DNA of 64,000 nt from Octopus sinensis (taxonomy: Eukaryota). Shown in pieces: positions 52,960 to 64,000 of the stretch. Location of the stretch: the NCBI RefSeq assembly GCF_006345805.1, contig NC_043024.1, positions 682,001 to 746,000 of the forward strand, written 5' to 3'. The position numbers and the translations under genes are program-made. Every line of letters begins with the position of its first letter. The stretch's first letter is position 1. The notes below the pieces were generated by a model. It had not been told where the DNA came from, made no database searches, and was given only the letters and a program-made list of their open reading frames with translations.

Positions 52960-53370
52960 TGAACTTGCCAATGATGGTTTGACCAGTTTTGCTTGAGAAA
53001 TTTTTCTGTTGCCGATTTCACTTGAATCTGGGCAATCAAGATCAGTCTATATCCAGCTTCTAAAATCCTTAGTTGAGGAAAATTCCAAGCAAACTGCTCA
53101 AGAGTTAACAAAGCAGTTCAACTCACACCTCGGCCTTATAAACACTGTTGCGAATTACGAAATGTATCTAAAATTCGTTACTAGGTCTCTTCACTATCCG
53201 ACCGTTTCTCAGCTTTAATCAAAAAGTTTCCTTCTGTCAAACATTGAAGATTAGACTTGCTACCAAACCTTTCCTTGGTGAAATCATCACAAGTGAGAAA
53301 AAGTGGGTTCTCTATGATTGTAATCTATGAAAATGACAATGGCTAGCACTTGATGAATATTCTAAAAAAT
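52960..53370 (+). pseudogene. Mariner-type transposase remnant
   Basis: WF..F...FS..D..SG; LKSLVEENSKQTAQEL (HTH region); KPFLGEIITSEKKWVLYD (decayed IVTGDEKW motif); QWL. Multiple stops and frameshifts. Confidence 0.75.
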
Positions 53371-53501
53371 AGAAAAGTTACAATGGGGTGCTCAAACCAG
53401 AACTCCATCGGACTTAAAACTTTGAATTACGTTTCCTAAAATATGTGACACAGTAATTTCCTGTAAATGTTGTCTCATGTACCTCTCTCTTTCTTTTTCA
53501 G

Positions 53502-53666
53502 TACTACAATCTAAAGGAAATGAACTACTACACAGTACTGTTTGGTGTGTCTCGTGCCCTGGGTTGCATGGCGTCACTTATCTGGTCCCGAGCACTTGGT
53601 CTTCCCTTGGAACGTCCAAAATCCTTTGATATCAAGCACTTGAAGAAGCTGGCTGGTGCTGCATAA
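53502..53666 (+). CDS. CS: Citrate synthase last coding exon ([21 protein letters not shown]...[20 protein letters not shown])
   Basis: tttttcag acceptor. [13 protein letters not shown] and PLERPKS motifs. TAA stop at 53664-53666 followed by TAG. Confidence 0.97.
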   Translation, partial: YYNLKEMNYYTVLFGVSRALGCMASLIWSRALGLPLERPKSFDIKHLKKLAGAA

Positions 53667-54018
53667 TAGTCTACTATGCCCTTCCCCCTCCCTTCTCTTT
53701 CTCTTTTCTCTCTCTCTCTTCTCCCCCACTCACTTCAGTCACTTACTAAATATGGGACAGGCAAAAAAACTGTTCTTCATTGAGATTATGGCACCAGCAT
53801 GAACAGGTATAGATGTGTGCATGCATGTATTTTGTGTATTTGTGTTGCACATTTATATATGTATGTTTATACATGTGTTTATATATGTGTTCATACATAT
53901 ATATGTGTGTGTGTGTGTGGCATTAGCCTTATCTAACTTTGATAAGTAGGGGTGTTTGTGTATACATACACACACATAAATGCATTTACTATATGTGTCA
54001 TCTAAAATGCATGTGTGG

Positions 54019-54062
<44 letters not shown>

Positions 54063-55908
54063 TATATACATACATACATATACATAGGTGTGTGTGTGTG
54101 TATATATACACATACACACATGTATACATATACACAAGTACATTTGTGTGTGTGTAGGTTTCTGTATATGTGTCTGTGTAAAAGTGTCTGCTGGTGCCAC
54201 TAACTAGAGAGTTAACCTAAGTTCCATTGATGTAGCCATTGTTCTGTCACCTTGTAGATGTGACAATGGAGCAGGTGGTGTTCCTAGTGTCACAATACTT
54301 GTGCCCAGCTAACCTGTGCAAAACTAACAACAACCATAATGATAAATACATATAAAATAGTATGAAAATATAATCTGAAAAATAGAGGAAGTGAACTCTG
54401 GGCTGATATTGATGACAATGTAATAATAATCCAGACAGTAAAATATTTGAACAAATTTACAGCTGTGCCATGTTGGAATTTTTCTCCTCTTTTATTACTT
54501 TGTGCATTTAGTTTTTGTCTCTGATTGGTTTTTGTTTCATTTTTATTCCTCTGATTGATATATTAGCTGAAATCATGAAGCTGCTTTTTCTATGAGATAT
54601 AAAATTAGCTTATGTGCATGTAGATGGATCTTGTGGAAGGAGGAAACCCAGGAAGACATGGGATGAAGTATTGAAGGCTAGTCTCAAGATACTGAGTCTT
54701 ACAAAAGAGATGACTAACGACTGAGATATATGGGGCATTACTGTATTCACGAAGACCCATCCACAATAGTAGAATTGATATCAGTGCTGGTGCCATGTTA
54801 AAAGTACCCAGTACATTCTATGGAGTGATTGGCATTAGGAAGGGCATCCAGCTGTAGAAACCATACTAAAACAGCCAATGGTGCTTGGTGTGGCCCTTGG
54901 CCTTACCAGCTCTGGTCAAGCTGTCCAACCTATGCCAGCATGGAAAACAAACGTTAAATATTGATGAGAGGGGGGGGGTGTCATGGTATTTTCCTGCTGT
55001 TAAAATGAAGAATTTGTAACCAACAACAATCAGAGTTGAATTATTATAACGATAGATGAACCATACAACCAAGAGAATCAGTGCTGTGTTTATTTGGTCC
55101 ACTGTATAATTTAGCAGAGAAGATCAAGAAGAAAGTTTGTGCAATACAATTAATGGAAAAAAATGAAATATCAAATATGACATTGAAGGAAAATGTTTGA
55201 AATTTAACACTTGACCTGGTAAACATATCAAGTATTGGGGATGGTTTGTATGATGTCTTTTTCGATTATCCTTGATTGAATATGCAGCTGTGAGGACCAC
55301 TATATGGAAAGTGTAATTCGAATTCGACCTAAGAAACTTTGAATTTGGTGAGAGTTAATGTCATACTAGCTCTGATATCTGTGAGACTGCAAAAATTGGT
55401 GGTTAATTTAACTATTTATAGGCTATATTCATGGAAAGTTCTAGTTGTGCCACTAAACTATCATGTGAGCATTGGATGAAATCTCTGTTGCGCACATGGA
55501 CAAACCATGATTGAAATTGTGATTTGAGATTTGTATGTGGTAAAACGCAGGGTTGAATCTAATACTACAGGATGAAGTGGTGATGACTGAGGTCAGGCAG
55601 CTGAACCTCAGAGAATATCTTGCAATAGTAAAGGCAACTGACCATAGAAAGATCTGCCTCGATAGATTCTAATTAACCCATCCAAGCAAAGAAAATGAAC
55701 GTTAAATGATGATTATATGTATGTAAAGGGTAAACATTCCTTTTGGTCATGTATGACCATCGGATTGCACGTAGAAATTTCCCCTGCTGAGGCACAAGTC
55801 CAGCTAAGGTTGCTTAGGTTCTCCATGTTTCTGATGTTTATATATAGATATATGTATATATATATATGTATGTATAAAATGAAATAAAGAACATAACACA
55901 AAGGATGT

Positions 55909-56002
55909 CGCGGTACATATGTTTCAAGATTTATGCAACAACCTATTCTTGCATCAATGTATAATCAACGTAACAGGTGGTTTAAAGCTCTCTTCAGCTG
56001 CA
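55909..56002 (-). ncRNA. Hammerhead ribozyme motif with long stem II, downstream of a decayed PLE-like 3' end
   Basis: Minus strand: TGCAG-CTGAAGA-GAG...CTT-GAAA-CATATG-TA-CCGCG. Palindromic stem III ACATATGT; one mismatch in stem I. Confidence 0.6.
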
Positions 56003-56438
56003 TGCAATTGCTATACCAAAGACTTCCATTACATCATGAAAAAACTGAAAATGTACATTTGGTATTATCTATAATGGTGAGTATATTGAGTTTCACTGAG
56101 AAAGTAAGTTTGTAAATCTTCATAATTAAATAGGTATGTAGGGTATCATAGGATTTCAAAAATCCGTCCGTACTCTATCATCAGTCAACATGGAGTGAAT
56201 GTTGAGTAGATTCGAGTGGGTTCATTCCTCTTGTAAGGGAACGGAATAAGGAGAAGTGGAGGTGTAGAAAAAGAAGAAATAGCGAGAGGAAAGAAAAGTA
56301 TATATATGGGCATAAATATCTATAGATATACATGCGTGTATATATGTGTGTATATGTATGTATGTATATATATATGTATATATGCATATATATATATATA
56401 TATAACCAAAAAATAAGCAACAAGAATGGATCGGTAAT

Positions 56439-56511
56439 TTAGTACAATTGTTTCATGCTATAACAATTTATTAAAGCTACAAATATAATATGTTAAGTAA
56501 TCTTCGGCTAA
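56439..56511 (-). ncRNA. Degenerate hammerhead-like motif immediately 5' of and inverted to the PLE RT
   Basis: Minus strand: TTAG-CCGAAGA-...-GAAA-CAATTG-TA-CTAA. Palindromic stem III; base of stem II poorly paired. Confidence 0.4.
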
Positions 56512-56539
56512 TTTCATATAGGTTTTCCAATAATGTAAA

Positions 56540-57149
56540 GACAAAACAGGAAATCTTTATATATTGGATTACATGCTTTATAGCAGACTCATTAAGAAGG
56601 AGCTTAACTCAAAGTATAAAATAACAACCAAGAATAACTTGAAAAAAATTAATCTAGAAATTAAAGAAGTTATGGAAAATTACAATTTGACCGACAGAAC
56701 AGAGCCTCTTATACCTTGTGAACCAAGGATTAAACTTAAGGACCACAAGAAATTTCCTAGAAAACCCCTTGGTAAGACTTATATGTCCAACTAAGTCAGA
56801 CATTAGCCAACTTAGTAAATCTATCTTGGACAATGTTCTACCCCAAATAACCCCTATCCTTCCCTTAAGTCTGTGGTTTAATACTGATGAAGTAATAGAT
56901 TGGTTTAATTCTCTCGTTAACACTAGCAGTTTCACTTTTATTCAATTTGATATCAATAATTATTATTCTAGTATATCCCCCATTTTGCTAAATAAATTGC
57001 TTATTTTTGCCATGAATTGCTCCCTTATATCTAGAGAAGAAATTGACATAGTTCTACTAGCTAGAAAAATTATCATAGAATTTGAAGGTAAATTATGGAC
57101 TAGAGCAGATACCCCTAATAATTTTGATATACCCATGGGTAACTTTTAA
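56540..57149 (+). pseudogene. Penelope-like element reverse transcriptase fragment (frameshifted, 3' truncated)
   Basis: DKTGNLY...KLKDHK / NF.ENPLVRLICPTKSDISQLSKSILD...WFNTDEVIDWF...FIQFDINNYYSSIS...FDIPMG. This matches the PLE RT pattern (TLKDHK, RLINP.KS, FD...YPSI, FDVTMG). Confidence 0.85.
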
Positions 57150-57497
57150 TTGACTTTATAGTAAACTAAATTAACCTTACTTAAATAAAAAAATTACTAA
57201 TTTTCCTAATTCTATTCTATATTTAACATGTAATACAATTACCTTAGTTATACATTTGATTTTCACCATAAATTTGAATAGGTACAGTTCCCCTACCATT
57301 TGCTATTGATTTTAATTGACCTCTAGATGTTGACCTAAATTCTTTCTTACCATATAAAAATAAAAGTTAAAATATAAACAAAAATAGCCTTCTTTTCTAG
57401 TGTTAACCTTAATTTTCTTACTGTATCTTTCTCTACCTATGACCCTTTTAGAGTTTTCCTTAGATCTTCCTTTATTTTTAACTCCCACTATAAATTC

Positions 57498-57597
57498 NNN
57501 NNNNNNNNNNNNNNNNNNNNNNNNNNNNNNNNNNNNNNNNNNNNNNNNNNNNNNNNNNNNNNNNNNNNNNNNNNNNNNNNNNNNNNNNNNNNNNNNN
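57498..57597. other. Assembly gap (100 N)
   Basis: Run of exactly 100 N. Confidence 1.
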
Positions 57598-58506
57598 ATT
57601 ATACGTGTATATATATACACATATATATACGTGTATATATAGTATGTATACGTGTATATATATGTATGTATACGGTATATATACGTATACTTGTGTATAT
57701 ATATTATACATTATATATGTGATATATATGTATACATGTTATATCTGGGTATATATGTATACAACGTGTATAATATGTGTATATATGTATACATACGTGT
57801 ATTATGTGTGTATATGTATACAGTTGTATTTATGTGTATATATAGCATAACATGTATATATGTGCTATACATGTATATATATGTCTATATATGTATACAT
57901 GTATATAATGTGTATATATATGTATACATGTATATATATGTGTATAGATATGTATATATGTGTATATATGGATACATACGTGTATATATACGTGTGTATA
58001 TGTAGACATGGTGTATATATAGTATACTTGTAATTTATGTGTATATATGTATGTATACGTGTATATATATATGTGTATATATGATGTAACGTGTATATAT
58101 GTGTATACATGATATATATGTGCATATATGTGTCATATATACCGTATAATACCGTATATACATGTATATATACGTGTATATTTATACATCTATATATGTG
58201 TATATATGTAACATGTATATATGTGTATATATGTATACATGTATATATACGTGTAGATATGTGTATATTTACGTGTATATATGTGTATATATATATATAT
58301 ACGTGTTATATATATAATAACGTGTAGATATATATATACATGTATATATACGTGTAGATATATATATACATGTATGATGATGATATACGTGTATATATAC
58401 CTGTATATATATATATACATGTATATATATGTATATATACGTGTATATATACATGTATATATACGTGTATATATACATGTATTTATATATATACGTGTAT
58501 ATGTAC

Positions 58507-58539
<33 letters not shown>

Positions 58540-61500
58540 CATGTATATATATTTATTTATTTTAAAAAAAAATTTCATCTAGTTTCTGCTCACGAGCTGT
58601 GGCCATGCTGGGGCAACGCCATATATACATGTATATATACATTATATATATTATATATATATACATGTATATACGAGTATATATATAAGCATGTATATAT
58701 ACGTGTAATATATAACATGTATATATACGTGTATATATATGTGTATATATATACATGTATATATACCATATATATACATGTATACATATATTACACACAT
58801 ATATACATGTATATACACATATATATATATTATCATGTATATACACATATACATATACACATGTATAACATATATATACATGTATACATATATGATAAAC
58901 ATAATATATACATGTATACATATATATATACCCATGTATACAATATATATACACGTATATACATGTATAATATATATATACACGTATATATATATATACA
59001 CTTATATATACATGTGTATATATATATATATATATATATACATATATATACACGTATATATACAAGGTATATATATATATACACATATATATACATGCAT
59101 ATATATATGTATATATATATATACCACATATATATACACGCATATATACATGTATATATATATACACATATATATACACGTATATCATCATAATCATCGT
59201 TTAGCGCCGTTTTCCATGCTAGCAGGTTGACAGATATATATTACACATATATACCAGTATATACACATGTAATATATATATATATACATATATATATATA
59301 CATGTATATATATATATATATACACGTATATATATACGTGTATATATACGTGTATATATATACATGTATGTATACATATATATATATATATATACATGTA
59401 TATATACGTGTATGTGTATATATACGTGAATATATATATATATATACATGTATATATACGTGAATATATATATACATGTATATATACGTGTATATATATA
59501 TATACATGTGTATATACGTGTATGTATATATATACACATGTATATACATGTGTATATATATACATGTATATATACATATATATATATGTATATATACGTG
59601 TATATATATGTTTATATATATGTATAAATGTGTATATATATGTATACATGAATATATATGTGTATACATGTATATATGTGTATATATATGTATATACACG
59701 TGTATATATGTGTGTATATATATAATATATACGTGTTATATATATATATACGTGTAGATATATATATAACATGTATATATACGTGTAGATATATATATAC
59801 ATGTATATATACGTGTATGTATATATATACATGTATATATAGGTGTATATATATGTATACGTGTATATATACATGTATATATACGTGTATATATGTATAC
59901 GTGTATATATATATACATGTATATATACGTGTATATATATACATGTATATATACGTGTATATATTTATATATATATACGTGTATATATACATATATATAT
60001 ACGTGTATATATACATATATATATACATGTATATATACGTGTATATATATATGCATGTATATATATACATGTATATATACGTGTATATATATCAACATGT
60101 ATATATATGTGTATATATGTACGTATACATGTGTATATATATGGAGATATGTGTATATATATGTATACATGTATATATGTGCATATATGTATACATGTAT
60201 ATATGTGCATATATGTATACATACGTGTATATATACGTGTATATGTGTATACATGAATATATGTGTATATATATGTATACATGTATATATATGTGTATAC
60301 ATGTATAGATATGTATACGTGTATATATATATATACATGTATGATGATATACGTGTATATATACATGTATATATATATACATGTATATACATGTGTTTAT
60401 ATACGTATATATATATACATGTATATACATGTGTATATATACGTGTATATATACCTGTATATATACGTGTATATATACGTGTATATATACATATAATATA
60501 TATATATACATATATATTATATATATATACACATACATATATACATACATATATATATATTATATATATACTTATTATATATACATACATGGATATACAT
60601 ATATGTATATACATATATATATGTACATGTATATATCCTTAAAATCCTTAAAAATGTTTTAGCCCGAAGGCCGCGGCCATTGGGCACCACCGCTGAATGA
60701 GCTACACTAGTTTGTGAATCCACCTCTGTACGTGGCACTGATCAACAAGGAGTTCGATGCTGCTGCCCGCATCCGCGTCTCTGTCGTGAGGTAGGTTCAT
60801 CTGGGACTCCAACAGAAGAGATCCGTTTAGTTTTAAAGAAACCCACATCCACACCATGTAAGTCTCTCAGGCATTTAGGGAGGATGTTTAAAGAGCTGTA
60901 GTCCTCTGAAACCCAAGCTGTTGCAGTATCTGGACCTGTATTTTGATTCTGATGTTAGAATCCTTGGCGCCATGCAGTGGCGCCCCGTTCTGTGGTTGGG
61001 GTAAGTTTGGGACAAGACCCTCCAGGATTTTCCAGATGTATATCACTGCATATCTCTCCCGCCTCCGCTCTAAGGAGAAGAGGTTTAATACCTTCAGTCT
61101 TTCCCAGTAGCTGACATTTTGCATTGAGACGATTTTCTTTGTGTAGCTTCTCTGAGTTGCTTCGAGTTCTGCTGTTTGTTTTATATTGTGTGGTGACCAA
61201 AGTTGGGAGCAGTAGTCCAAGCGGCTGAGGACAAATGTTTTCCATAGGACGATCAGTGTCTCCTTCTCTCTTGTTCTGAAAGTTCGGAGAATCCATCCAG
61301 CTAGCCGTCTGCATTTTATCACCAGATTAGCAATATGCATTTGGAAAGATGCATCATTGCTCATGTCAATGCCCAGGTCATGCACTGATTTTGACTCAGG
61401 GATTGCAATTCTTCCTGGGCCAGTGTATCCAGCCTTCACGTTATTTACCTTTGCGTGCCTATAGCGCAGGGCCTGGAACTTACCTGCATTAAACTGCATG

Positions 61501-62203
61501 TTGTTGTCCTCAGCCCACCTGTATATGTATATACATATATATATATACATGTATATATGTGTATACATATATATATATACATGTATATACATATATACAT
61601 GTATATACATGTATATACATATATATACATGTATATACGTATATATATACATGTATATATGTATGTACATATATATATACATGTATATATGTATGTACAT
61701 ATATATATATACATGTATATATGTATGTACATATATATATATACATGTATATATGTATGTACATATATATATATACATGTATATATGTATGTACATATAT
61801 ATATATACATGTATATATGTATATACATATATATATATATGTATATACATGTATATACATATATATATACATGTATTTTTAAAATTTTTTTTCTTTTATC
61901 TAGTTTCAGCTCACGAGCTGTGGCCATGCTGGAGCACCGCCATTGTATGTATATATATATGTATATATACACGTATATATACACGTATATATACACATAT
62001 ATACACACGCATATATACATGTATATATATTACACGTATATATACACGTATATCATCATAATCATCGTTTAGCATCCGTTTCCATGCTAGCATAGGTTGA
62101 CATATATATAACATATATACACGTATATATACATGTATAGATATATATATATATATATACATGTATATATATATACACGTGTATATTACGTGTAAGATAT
62201 ATC

Positions 62204-62235
<32 letters not shown>

Positions 62236-62362
62236 ACATGTATATATACGTGTATGTGTTATATACGTGATATATACGTGTATGTATATTTGCGTAACTC
62301 TCGATGCCAAAGTTCAGGACACTTCCCTCCATATATATTAGTTGTATATATACATATATGAT

Positions 62363-62394
<32 letters not shown>

Positions 62395-64000
62395 AGATAT
62401 ATTATATATATAATATACCATGTATATATTATATATCCACATGTATATATACATATATATACGTGTTATATATTATATATACATGTATATATACATATAT
62501 ATATACGTGTATATATAATATATGCATGTATATATACGTGTATATATATATATATACATGTATATATACGTGTATATATATATATAATACATGTATATAT
62601 ACGTGTATATATATATATATACATGTATATATACGTGTATATATATATATATATACATGTATATATACGTGTATATATATATATATACGTATATATATAT
62701 ATAGTATATATATACTTGTATATATACGTGTATATATATACGTGTATATATATACGTGTATATATATACGTGTATATATATACATGTATATATACGTGTA
62801 TATATATATATACACATATATATGCGTGTATATATATGTATGTATGCGTGTATATATATGTATGTATACGTGTATATATATGTATGTATACGTGTATATA
62901 TACGTATACATGTGTATATATATGTATACATGTATATATGTGTATATATATGTATACATGTATATATATGTATACATGTATATATATGTGTATATATGTA
63001 TACATACGTGTATATATGTGTGTATATATGTATACATGTGTATATATATGTGTATATATAGCTATACATGTATATATGTGTATACATGTATATATATGTC
63101 TATATATATGTATACATGTGTATATGTGTATATATATGTATATATGTATATATATGTGTATATATATGTATATACGTGTATATATGTGTATATATATGTA
63201 TATACGTGTATATATATGTGTGTATATATGTATACATGTGTATATATATGTGTATATATATGTATACATGTATATATATGTGTATATATGTATGTATACG
63301 TGTATATATATATGTGTATATATGTATGTATACGTGTATATATATATGTGTATATATGTATGTATACGTGTATATATATGTGTATACATGTATATATATG
63401 TGCATATGTGTCATATATACACGTATACATATATATACACATGTATATACGTGTATATATATATACATGTATATATACGTGTATGTGTATATATACGTGA
63501 ATATATATATATGTACATGTATATATACGTGAATATATATATATATATACATGTATATATACGTGTATATATATATATACACATGTATATATAAGTGTAT
63601 ATATACACATGTATATATACGTGTATATATATACATGTATATATACGTGTATATATACACATGTATATATACGTGTATATATATATATACATATGTATAT
63701 ATACGTGTATATATATACATGTATATATATATATACATGTATATATATGCTTGTATATATATGTATATATACGTGTATATATATGTATATATATGTATAC
63801 ATGTGTATATATATGTATACATGTATATATATGTGCACATGTATATATGTGTATATGTATGTATACGTGTATATATACATGTATATATATGTGTATATAT
63901 ATCTATACATGTATATATGTGTGTATATATATGTATACATGTGTACATATATGTGTATATATATGTATACATGTGTATATATATGTGTATATATATGTAT
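57598..64000. repeat. TA-rich low-complexity satellite built on TATATACATG / TATATACGTG motifs, interrupted by a CR1 fragment
   Basis: Directly visible. Confidence 0.95.
60637..61520 (-). mobile_element. CR1-clade LINE 3' end (RT thumb and C-terminus)
   Basis: [71 protein letters not shown]. Confidence 0.88.

Noticed and set aside
53664-53680. Stop-codon readthrough giving a peroxisomal CS isoform
   Set aside because: TAA is immediately followed by TAG, and the C-terminus AGAA is not a PTS1.
57598-64000. Dozens of Y/I/M/C/V/H/T-rich ORFs (also 28391-30145, 27469-27962, 53853-54203)
   Set aside because: Translations of TA/TG/CA microsatellites, which rarely contain stop codons.

Overview
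Repeat-rich eukaryotic genomic DNA. The SINE, RTE and microsatellite landscape suggests an octopod cephalopod (Octopus-like); this is an inference. The only host gene I can support is a mitochondrial citrate synthase (CS) on the + strand. It has nine GT-AG coding exons from 17745 to 53666, giving 453 codons in frame with the catalytic His/His/Asp motifs intact; the ATG-bearing first exon was not found. Introns and flanks contain decayed RTE and CR1 LINEs, tRNA-derived SINEs, piggyBac, hAT and mariner MITEs, non-autonomous Helitrons, minisatellites, a 100-N gap and a long TA-rich satellite. The most notable signal is a set of hammerhead ribozyme (HHR) motifs from several unrelated sequence families, each next to (TA)n tracts, together with Penelope-like (PLE) RT and GIY-YIG remnants. 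The best case is a near-identical 362-bp tandem array with an inverted 5' arm (4797-6188). Each full unit carries a type I HHR whose core has a compensatory U3-A8 pair in place of C3-G8, consistent with a retrozyme or PLE pseudo-LTR that could yield 362-nt linear or circular RNAs. Most ORFs in the supplied track are microsatellite artefacts.
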